The notes under the pieces were generated by a model, which made no database searches, was not told where the DNA came from, and saw only the letters and a program-made list of their open reading frames with translations. Of a stretch of DNA of 64,000 nucleotides, positions 43,150-51,289 are shown piece after piece. Each line of letters opens with the position of its first letter. Within the stretch, counting starts at the first letter, position 1. The translations under genes were made by a program, and so were the position numbers. Origin of the DNA: Candidatus Zhuqueibacterota bacterium (GTDB lineage Bacteria > Zhuqueibacterota > Zhuqueibacteria > Zhuqueibacterales > Geothermadaptataceae); the NCBI GenBank assembly GCA_030950365.1, contig JAUZRQ010000072.1, forward strand, positions 64,847 to 128,846, written 5' to 3'.

Positions 43150-44043
43150 ATGACCACGAAAAGCAACACCTATTTCACCACCCGGCGGCGTTCGCGCCTG
43201 CACATGACTCCCGCCGAAATCAAATTTCTCGTTTTTTTGTTCATGGTGCTGATTTTTCTGCCGCTTCTGGTGCAGGAAATCGCTCAGCCGCACTACATGC
43301 TCAAACTCAAGGATGCCCTTAAATCGCCATCCCCGGCTTTGCGCGCAAGTATGGCTCTCGATTTGCATGCCACTCTGTATGCGGATACCAAACCCTTTGT
43401 TGGCCGCATCGCCACGCTGCAAAAAGGCGTGGTTATATCGTACAAAGGCAAGCCGATCATCGGGGAAGGCTACGGGTTGGGCGTGCCGATCGTACACAAG
43501 GATGGCACGCCGTGGCTGGCGTCGCGTGCGAAGATCGGACGTTTCACTCGAGGCGATACGGTCATTCTGGCCAAGGTGTATTATTATGATACCATCGAAA
43601 CCGATAAGGAGATTCCGCGGCTACGCTACCGTCGGCAAGGTCGCGTACTGACGCGCATCCGGGTGAATTATTTTATTTACCAGAACCGCGTGGATGTGGT
43701 GGCGGACCTGCGCGACGCCAGACGGAAAGGCGCTGAAGAAGTTTTTTTCATGAATGAACTGTCCGGGCATCTGTTCCGATACGCCATCACGCAAAACCGC
43801 CGCAAGCTGGACCTGCTGAACTGGCAGCTCGCGCCGTCCGGACTGGTGGGGCTGGTCTCGCCGAAACTGGGGCTAACCATGTGGGTGCAGTGCAACGATA
43901 CCTGGGATCGGTTTTTAGGGCGAGAGGTGCTTTCCAGCTGGAAATGGTACGGTCACATTGAGAGCGACTGGACTGGTTGTGTAATCCATGTAGAAAAAAT
44001 GCCAGCACGGTTTCAATATACCTTATTTTTTCAAAAACAATGA
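43150..44043 (+). CDS. Hypothetical membrane-anchored protein (297 aa)
   Basis: One N-terminal TM (FLVFLFMVLIFLPLLV). The rest has a globular-looking composition with no motif I recognise. Confidence 0.45.
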   Translation: MTTKSNTYFTTRRRSRLHMTPAEIKFLVFLFMVLIFLPLLVQEIAQPHYMLKLKDALKSPSPALRASMALDLHATLYADTKPFVGRIATLQKGVVISYKGKPIIGEGYGLGVPIVHKDGTPWLASRAKIGRFTRGDTVILAKVYYYDTIETDKEIPRLRYRRQGRVLTRIRVNYFIYQNRVDVVADLRDARRKGAEEVFFMNELSGHLFRYAITQNRRKLDLLNWQLAPSGLVGLVSPKLGLTMWVQCNDTWDRFLGREVLSSWKWYGHIESDWTGCVIHVEKMPARFQYTLFFQKQ

Positions 44044-44283
44044 AGTGACCTCACGTTCCTTTTTGTTGAAGCGGAATTTCTTTCTTCTTGGCCCGCCAAT
44101 TTTTTGAGCTAAATTCTTCCCTTGTGAAAGGTTCTCCAAATTTTTAGGGATGTAGCTGACGCGTGATTCATTATCTTACCGTTCGCGCGAAACAAAGGAA
44201 GTTACGGAGCGCATCCTAAACGAAATTTCCTTGCGATTTTGCGCATAAACGCCTATTTTCTTTGAAACTTCTTTTGGCCCGTT

Positions 44284-44570
44284 GTAACTATTCAGCGAAT
44301 GGTGAAAAACTCATAAGGCAGAAAAGCGAACCTCCCGCGGTGGCGCTGAGGTCGTTGAGGTTTAATTTTATGGATTTCGGAATAGCAAATTTATCATTTC
44401 AAGGCTTTAAGGAGATCATCCGCGTTCAATCGGTGTGCATCCGTGGCTCCCCCAAAAATCAGTGCGAATCTGTGAAATCTGTGGTTCTTTGGAGTCGATA
44501 TTCAAATTCATTAGCAAGGCGTTTCATTGTTATGCCAAATGGCTGTGCTCAATTTATGCTGAATAGTTAC
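44284..44570 (-). mobile_element. Family-B MITE, copy B2 (inverted relative to B1)
   Basis: GTAACTATTCAGCGAATGGTGAAAAACTCATAAGGCAGAAAAGCGAA... matches the reverse complement of the right end of 11224-11512, and the rest aligns along the whole length. Termini GTAACTATTCAGC / GCTGAATAGTTAC. Confidence 0.85.
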
Positions 44571-44734
44571 GGCCCATTGTAATCATTCGGCATTACAGGT
44601 GTTTCTCCTCCTGGCTTTCAGCGGTATTCAGAAGGGAGTCACTGCAATGCCGGCATCTCATTCCGGTACGTTCCATGGAAAGAGATTTCGGCTCTCGCTC
44701 ATGTTCGTTTTGTTCAAAATGAGGCATCATTTTT

Positions 44735-46372
44735 ATGATTCGCGATACCGATTTACAATCCATTCAGCAGGTCCGTACACTGCTGAAACGGGCGCGCGAG
44801 GCGCAACAGATTTTCAAAACCTTTTCCCAGGAACAGGTGGATCGCGTGTTCGCCGCCATGGCCGAAGCCGGTTATCGCGCGGCAGAGCCGCTGGCCCGGC
44901 TGGCCGTGGAAGAGACCGGCTACGGCAAAGTCGGCGATAAAATTCTGAAAAACAAGTTCGCCACTCGCGATGTGTATGAAGCGTATATCGGTATGCGCAC
45001 GGTGGGTGTGCTGCGCGAGGATAAAGAGAAAGGTATTCTGGAAATTGGCGAGCCGGTTGGCGTGGTGGCGGCCATCATTCCCACCACCAATCCGACCTCC
45101 ACGGCCCTGTTCAAAGGTTTGATCGCCATCAAGGCGCGGAACGGCATTGTGGTATCGCCGCATCCCCGGGCGGTGAACTGCACCTGTGAAGCTGTTCGTA
45201 TTGTTGCCGAAGCAGCGGAAAGAGCCGGCGCGCCTTCGGGATTGATCGGCTGCATCACCACCGTGCATCTTGCCGGCACGCAGGAACTCATGCGTGCGCG
45301 CGAGACTTCGGTGATTCTGGCCACCGGTGGGCCCGGACTGGTACGCGCGGCCTACAGCGCCGGCAAGCCGGCCTACGGCGTCGGGCCCGGCAATGTGCCG
45401 GTGTACATCGACCGCAGCGCCGATGTGGCCAAGGCCGTCGCCGATGTGATCGCTGGAAAATCCTTCGACTGGGGCACGCTGTGCAGCAGCGAGCAGGCGC
45501 TGGTGGTGGATGAGCCGGTGTACGACGCCGTGGTAGCGCATTTGCGCGAAAAGCATGCATATTTTCTCAACGACAAAGAAGTCGAACAGGTGGGCCGGGT
45601 GCTGGTGACGCCGCAGGGCGGCATCAATCCCGAGCTGGTCGGCCATTCGCCGCAAGCCATTGGCCGCGCCGCCGGCATTTACATCCCGGACGACGTGCAG
45701 GTGCTGGTGGCGCCACTGCAGGCCATCGGCAAGGAGGTGCCGCTCAGCCGCGAAAAGCTGTCGCCGGTGCTGGCGCTGTACCGCGCCCGCGACTGGGAAG
45801 ACGGCTGCGAAAAGTGCATCGAACTACTGAAAATCGGTGGCATGGGCCACACGCTGGCCATCCACGCCAGAGACGAGCACGTGATCATGCAATTCGGGCT
45901 GCACAAGCCGGCCTTCCGTATTCTGGTCAACACGCCTGCGAGCATTGGCGCGGTGGGCTACACCACCGGTCTCGATCCGTCAATGACCCTGGGCTGCGGC
46001 TCGCTGGGCGGCAACATCACCGCGGACAACATTTCACCCAAACATTTGCTCAATATCAAACGGGTGGCGTACGAAACCAAACCGCTTTCGCCGATGCGCG
46101 AAACCGGCGAGACCTGGCGGCCCAGCGGCGTATCCGCGCGCAAAAGCGAGCCCCATTTTCCGTATCAAAAAGCGCTGTCGTCGGACGTTTCCCGCAAGGG
46201 CAGCGCTACGACCAAATCGGAGCCGAAGCCATCGCCGTCCATGCCGCATAAGCACCGCGCGCCGGCCGTCACCGTCTCCAACAGCGAGCGCAAATACGGC
46301 ACCAGCGGTCTTTCCGGCGAAGACGTCGATCAAATCGTTGTGCGCTTTCTGAAAGAACGCGGCCTGCAATAA
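44735..46372 (+). CDS. CoA-acylating aldehyde dehydrogenase (EutE/PduP-like) with 99-aa C-terminal extension
   Basis: N-terminus DLQSIQQVRTLLKRAREAQQIFKTFSQEQVDRVF...VEETGYGKVGDKILKN. Catalytic Cys context WGTLCSSEQALVV. The extension is an S/P/K-rich linker plus a terminal helix GEDVDQIVVRFLKERGLQ. Confidence 0.85.
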   Translation: MIRDTDLQSIQQVRTLLKRAREAQQIFKTFSQEQVDRVFAAMAEAGYRAAEPLARLAVEETGYGKVGDKILKNKFATRDVYEAYIGMRTVGVLREDKEKGILEIGEPVGVVAAIIPTTNPTSTALFKGLIAIKARNGIVVSPHPRAVNCTCEAVRIVAEAAERAGAPSGLIGCITTVHLAGTQELMRARETSVILATGGPGLVRAAYSAGKPAYGVGPGNVPVYIDRSADVAKAVADVIAGKSFDWGTLCSSEQALVVDEPVYDAVVAHLREKHAYFLNDKEVEQVGRVLVTPQGGINPELVGHSPQAIGRAAGIYIPDDVQVLVAPLQAIGKEVPLSREKLSPVLALYRARDWEDGCEKCIELLKIGGMGHTLAIHARDEHVIMQFGLHKPAFRILVNTPASIGAVGYTTGLDPSMTLGCGSLGGNITADNISPKHLLNIKRVAYETKPLSPMRETGETWRPSGVSARKSEPHFPYQKALSSDVSRKGSATTKSEPKPSPSMPHKHRAPAVTVSNSERKYGTSGLSGEDVDQIVVRFLKERGLQ

Positions 46373-46395
46373 CCACAGAACCGAAGCTTACGAGC

Positions 46396-47163
46396 ATGCA
46401 AAACCGACTTACGATACCACTGGGCATTTCCAATCGCCACATTCACATCAGCCAGCGCGACCTCGAAGCGCTGTTCGGTCCGGGATACCGATTGAGCGTG
46501 CTGCGTCCCATCAGCCAGAAGGGCCAGTATGCGGCCGAGGAAACGCTGGACGTTGAGGGGCCGAAGGGCGTGCTGAAAAATGTGCGCATCGTCGGGCCGA
46601 CGCGCAGCGAAACGCAGATCGAGATTTCACCGCGGGATGCGCATGTGCTGGGCGTCACCGCGCCGGTGCGCGGCAGCGGCGATCTGGCGGGAACGCCGGG
46701 CACCACGCTCATCGGGCCGATGGGCCGGGTCACGCTGACGAAAGGCCTGATCATCCCGCAGCGGCACATTCACATGTCCCCGGCGGATGCTCGCCGCTTC
46801 GGCGTGTACGATGGCGCGCGGGTTATCGTCGCGCCGGCCAATCCGGATCGCATTAACCCCGCCAATGAATCCCGCCGCATTGTTTTCGACAACGTGCTTA
46901 TCCGCGTGCACGAATCGTTCGTGCTGGATTTCCACATCGACACCGACGAGGCCAACGCCGCCGGCCTGAAAAACGGCGATCCCATGATCATCGTGGGATT
47001 TTCGGAGCTGAACCGGCAGTTGCCCTCACGCCGCTGGATCACCGAAAACGACGTGCGCCGCGCTATCCTGGAAAAGCGCAAGATCAAAATCGATGCCCAG
47101 ACGCGCATGACCCCGGCCGCGCGCGATCTCGGCAAAGCGCACGATGTGTTTATTCGATTGTAA
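46396..47163 (+). CDS. pduL: Phosphate propanoyl/acyl-transferase PduL with ~54-aa C-terminal extension
   Basis: Duplicated PduL blocks IPLGISNRHIHISQRDLEALFG...VRIVGPTRSETQIEISPRDA and IIPQRHIHMSPADARRFG...VRVHESFVLDFHIDTDEANAAGL. Confidence 0.88.
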   Translation: MQNRLTIPLGISNRHIHISQRDLEALFGPGYRLSVLRPISQKGQYAAEETLDVEGPKGVLKNVRIVGPTRSETQIEISPRDAHVLGVTAPVRGSGDLAGTPGTTLIGPMGRVTLTKGLIIPQRHIHMSPADARRFGVYDGARVIVAPANPDRINPANESRRIVFDNVLIRVHESFVLDFHIDTDEANAAGLKNGDPMIIVGFSELNRQLPSRRWITENDVRRAILEKRKIKIDAQTRMTPAARDLGKAHDVFIRL

Positions 47164-47313
47164 CTGTTCGGCTTTATCCCCGTCAGCGCGAGGAGCGGAG
47201 CGACGACCCGATCTCATTAGCATTTCTGCGAGAGAACGCCGCGCACCCGCCTCACGGCGGCTGCTCGCGATGACAAACAAGATTTTATCAAACGAAAATT
47301 GCTGAACAGTTAT
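47160..47313 (-). repeat. Family-A related short repeat, copy A3, abutting/overlapping the pduL stop codon
   Basis: Termini GTAACTGTTCGG ... GCTGAACAGTTAT. The interior carries CCCCGTCAGCGCGAGG...GATCTCATT...GGCGGCTGCTCGCGATGAC, shared with A1 and A2. The pduL TAA (47161-47163) lies inside the left terminus. Confidence 0.65.
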
Positions 47314-47560
47314 ATTTGATTTGCCGTAAGCGCATTGCTATTATTCTGTTCGCTTTTTGCCATTTGGAATGATTCAGCCTGTGCGGTTCTGCGTCCTTTC
47401 GTGGCGGAACCGGAAGTGCAAAGTAAAGTCCGAACCTGCGGATTTTGGTGAATGACAACCCGGTCAATCCGGATAGACAATATCAGCGTACAACTATTTT
47501 TGCCCAAACTTTTAACTTTCAAACGTTTCAGTAATAACCAACGCATCCCCCTGCTGGTTC

Positions 47561-48376
47561 ATGCATCGATCCAATGAACAGTCTGCCCCGGCCCGCTACA
47601 ATATTTTGCTCTCAGGATGTTGGCGAAAAGACCAGGTGGTGGTGCACCCGGTTCTGGATAGGGGAGACCCGGCCGACTTGCATCCCGAAATTGACATATT
47701 CTGGCAGCGAAAGCTGGCGGAAAATCCCGCTTTGTTTAACGGCCGGCTGGCGGCGCTGGTAAACGCCGTGCAGCGCAATCGCCAGCTCGAACTCACACTC
47801 GGTATTACCAGCTATCGCTATCTGCTGTTCTCCAATGCTCATGCCGAAGCCTGGCGGAGCAGTGGGCAGCAACACCGGCTGAGCCGGGCGCTGGGCATCA
47901 GTGCGGTGGTGGAAACCGCCGACGATCGCATGTTGCTCATGCAGCGCAGTCAAACCGTGGGTGAGTATCCTGATAGGCTGGACGTGTTCGGCGGACATAT
48001 CGATATTCCGGAGCAGCCGAGCGCCAGCCATCCGCCGGATGTGGTTCTGGCCATTCGGGAGGAGCTGCGCCACGAGCTCGGCATCACGGCGGCGGCCATT
48101 CGACACGAATGCTGCATTGGGCTGGCCGAAAACAGCCATAACTGCAAACCGGAATTGATCTTCTGGACACGACTCCATCTCGATACCGAGGCGGTTCGGC
48201 AAAGCGCAAGAGAGGCTACTGAGGCCGATGAATATGTACAGCTCCTGGCCATTCCGTTGCGCGATCTGGAAACCGGCTGGTTTGCGGAAAACCGGCGACG
48301 CTTAACACCATCGGCCGAGGCGAGTCTCGCGCTGTATTTCGAATTTCATCGCCGGTATCGGCAGGAATTTATGTGA
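47561..48376 (+). CDS. NUDIX hydrolase
   Basis: Nudix box GGHIDIPEQPSASHPPDVVLAIREELRHELGI fits GX5EX7REUXEEXGU loosely but recognisably. Confidence 0.7.
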   Translation: MHRSNEQSAPARYNILLSGCWRKDQVVVHPVLDRGDPADLHPEIDIFWQRKLAENPALFNGRLAALVNAVQRNRQLELTLGITSYRYLLFSNAHAEAWRSSGQQHRLSRALGISAVVETADDRMLLMQRSQTVGEYPDRLDVFGGHIDIPEQPSASHPPDVVLAIREELRHELGITAAAIRHECCIGLAENSHNCKPELIFWTRLHLDTEAVRQSAREATEADEYVQLLAIPLRDLETGWFAENRRRLTPSAEASLALYFEFHRRYRQEFM

Positions 48377-48448
48377 CGGATCACCGCCATGATATCAGGC
48401 GAATTGCCATCTGAAAATGGGTGCTGCCCGCAAGAAATGGTAACACAC

Positions 48449-48538
48449 GCTTCCAGCTTGTGCAACCGGGCTGCATGCCATGGCGGGAGAAGTTGTGGCA
48501 CAAGCTTCCAGCTTGTGGAACCGGGCTCCTTGCCATGA
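48449..48538 (+). repeat. Two ~35-bp direct repeats, 55-bp period
   Basis: GCTTCCAGCTTGTGCAACCGGGCTGCATGCCATGG and GCTTCCAGCTTGTGGAACCGGGCTCCTTGCCATGA. Confidence 0.8.
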
Positions 48539-48713
48539 CGAGCCGTTTTCTCCGATGTCGCGTTTTCAAGTTTGGCCGCTGGAACAAACCACAGATTGCA
48601 CTGATTTTCACTGATTATTTATTATGGAAGGTTGTTGCTGGCAGGGTATTGAGCCTCGGATGAACACGGATTGCCGCGGATTGAGAGCGCGAGTTCTTGT
48701 ATGTTTTTCAGTC

Positions 48714-49004
48714 AATTATTCAGTCGTATCAACAATTTCGATAATTAACCTCGATAAGTCATTATGTCACGGCGCAAAGACGCAACATTTTGAAAAAAAG
48801 AAGTTGGAAGGTGTGTTTTAAAAACGAACCCAAAGCAAAATTTCTTTCATAATCTGATATTTAATTATTTCTTTAAGTCTTAGCGGCTTTGGGTGAGATA
48901 TTTGTGAATTACACGAGTTAAAAGGTCATTCTGGTTCCGCCAGTTGTCCGGGGTTCGCGATGACGGGTCCTTTTATTTTCTGTTCCATAGGGCTGAATCG
49001 CTAC
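48714..49004. repeat. Degenerate MITE-like element with family-type termini
   Basis: Termini AATTATTCAGTC ... GGCTGAATCGCTAC. The right half contains TTCGCGATGACGGG, as in family A. Confidence 0.4.
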
Positions 49005-49345
49005 GGGCGTTTACTTATATCTGGCAACTTAAGTGACATTTTTCCGTAATCCGGAAGTGGAATTGCAAGGTCCATTTCTTGCAACCTCCGTGATCTGGCG
49101 GAAATTGCATTAAAATGGGTCGAAAAGTCATAACCTTGTATGGATGCGCCGGCAAATGCAGGGTTGCCACATACCAATCCTCAGATTTCAGATTCCGCCT
49201 GAATGTTGCATGATACAAATGTAAAACACGACTCGAAGAGTCGTGCTACCACCAAACACACAAATCAGAGACCGCACGAAAGTTGCGTGATACACGTTGA
49301 ACAGAAGCCGAATAGTTGCAAATCGAGAACGGTGGGGAGGGAATC

Positions 49346-50116
49346 ATGGTCGTTCGCTATGGCCAGATACTGGCCGTTACCACGCGCATTTTGACGGAAC
49401 TGTGGCGCACGCGCCGAAGCCTGATTTTCTGGATGGTGTTCCCAACGCTAATGCTGCTGCTTTTTGGGTTGATCTACGCCGGCGGCAGCAGCACGGCGAC
49501 ATCGTTTGATTTGACCGCTCCCGGTGTGCTGATTGGCGCGGCGCTATTTTTTAGCTGCCTGGGCGGTCCGATTTCGGTAATAGTGGCCGAGCGCGAACGC
49601 GGCACGCTGCGGCGGTTGCTGCTATCACCTCTACAACCTTCGGCCTATTTCCTGGGCATTGTGCTGGCGTATGTTTGCATCGCGCTGGCGCAGACCGTCA
49701 TCGTGTATGGCATTTCCTTCGCTTTCGGCGGCCGGTTTCATGGTTCGGTGCTGCTGGGGCTGGCCATTGTGTTGCTGAGCGTGTTTTCCTTCGTGGGGCT
49801 GGGCTTCTTCTTCGGCGCGCGTTTCACCCGCCGCACGGAAGACGTCAACGGCCCGGTGGCGGCGTTCGGGGTGCCGCTGCTGGTGCTCGGCGGCACCTTC
49901 TTCCCGGTTTCGATCCTGCCGCCGTTTCTGCTGACCCTGGCCTATTTGGATCCGATTTTTCACATGAATCAGTCCCTCAAAGCGGTATCCGGATTGGGAT
50001 ACACGGCGGCGCAGGTATCCTCGCATCTGATTTTTCTGGTGGCCTTTGCCGCCGTTTCCATGGCGCTGGGTGTGTCCTCGTACCAACGCATGCTGGAGCA
50101 GGAGAAACGAGCATGA
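49346..50116 (+). CDS. ABC-2 type transporter permease
   Basis: Six predicted TM segments and an ABC-2 layout. The ATG at 49346 follows GGGGAGGGA. The stop overlaps the ATPase start (ATGA). Confidence 0.8.
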   Translation: MVVRYGQILAVTTRILTELWRTRRSLIFWMVFPTLMLLLFGLIYAGGSSTATSFDLTAPGVLIGAALFFSCLGGPISVIVAERERGTLRRLLLSPLQPSAYFLGIVLAYVCIALAQTVIVYGISFAFGGRFHGSVLLGLAIVLLSVFSFVGLGFFFGARFTRRTEDVNGPVAAFGVPLLVLGGTFFPVSILPPFLLTLAYLDPIFHMNQSLKAVSGLGYTAAQVSSHLIFLVAFAAVSMALGVSSYQRMLEQEKRA

Positions 50117-51036
50117 ACATGATTGAAGTACGGCATCTCGAGAAGCGGTTCGGCGACAAAGTGGTGCTGAACGATTTGTCCTTTGCCGTGGCGCCGGGCG
50201 AGGTGTACGGCCTTCTGGGACCGAACGGGTCTGGCAAAACCACCACCATCAACATTCTGGCTGATTTGCTTTCGGCCGACGCCGGCGAGGCGTGGATTCA
50301 GGGCGAGCCGATCTCGGAAAAAAGCAAATACGCGCTCGGCATCGCCCCGCAGATGATCTCCATTTACCGCGATTTGACCTGTGAGGAAAACCTGCGCTTT
50401 TTCGCCCGGCTGTACAATTTGCCTGCGCCGCGGGTGGAGGAACGCATCCGGGAGCTGATCGCCATGTTTCGGCTCGAAGATTACCGCGCCACCGAGGTGG
50501 CCAAATTGAGCGGCGGCTGGAAGCGGCGGGTCAATATGGCGGTGGCGCTGGTGCACCGGCCGTCGGTGCTGATTCTGGATGAGCCCACCGCCGGCCTGGA
50601 TGTGTCGGCGCGGTTCGAGCTGTGGGAACTCATCGAGGCGCTGCAAAAGACCGGCGTGGCCATGCTGCTGACCACACATCTGCTCGAAGAAGCCGAACGG
50701 CTGTGCTCGCGAATCGGCATTCTCAGCCGGGGGCGTATCGTGGCGGAGGGCACCATGGATGAATTGCGCGCAACCATCGTGGCGCGACAACTGGCTATTG
50801 TGGAAACCGCAGCGGAGGAGCGGCTGCAACAAGCCGCGGCCTCCCTAGGCTGGACCTGGCGTCGCCGCGGTGATCGCATTATTCTATGGCTACCGGAAGA
50901 AATGACTCTGCAAGAATTTGTGCAGCGGTTTGTGGATATCCCACTGAAATCGGTGGCATTGCAAGAGGTGACCCTGGAGCATATCTACCTCGAACACACC
51001 GGATCCTATGAAGTGCCTGACCTGGCGATGGTATAA
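50113..51036 (+). CDS. ABC transporter ATP-binding protein
   Basis: Walker A GPNGSGKTT, signature LSGGWKRR, Walker B LILDEPTAGLD. The track ORF 49675-51036 is an artefactual N-terminal extension. Confidence 0.9.
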   Translation: MNMIEVRHLEKRFGDKVVLNDLSFAVAPGEVYGLLGPNGSGKTTTINILADLLSADAGEAWIQGEPISEKSKYALGIAPQMISIYRDLTCEENLRFFARLYNLPAPRVEERIRELIAMFRLEDYRATEVAKLSGGWKRRVNMAVALVHRPSVLILDEPTAGLDVSARFELWELIEALQKTGVAMLLTTHLLEEAERLCSRIGILSRGRIVAEGTMDELRATIVARQLAIVETAAEERLQQAAASLGWTWRRRGDRIILWLPEEMTLQEFVQRFVDIPLKSVALQEVTLEHIYLEHTGSYEVPDLAMV

Positions 51037-51289
51037 TGTCGCCGGCGGGAATATGAAAGCTGAAAAATCGGCCATTTGGGGATTTGTGGGTTGATCCGGC
51101 GGATTTAATTTTTAATTTATAAGGAGTTCGTTCCCGGGAGCATCCACTCTGCGAATCCGAAATGGCAAACATACAGAATGTCTTTCATCGGAACAAGGCA
51201 TTCTAAATCGTTCACATAGATCCAAATTCGCACCGGCACGCTTCCCATAGCCAGTAGCGAATGGTACGAACCAATGAAGGGAGTTTGAT

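Noticed and set aside
48449-48538. Possible CRISPR array.
   Set aside because: There are only two imperfect repeat units and no further periodic repeats or unique spacers. No cas genes are in the window.
49675-50112. N-terminal 146 codons of the track ORF 49675-51036, which would make a 453-aa ABC ATPase.
   Set aside because: This part is an alternative frame of the ABC-2 permease gene. The ATPase domain begins at MNMIEVRHL (ATG at 50113), which overlaps the permease stop in the usual ATGA coupling.
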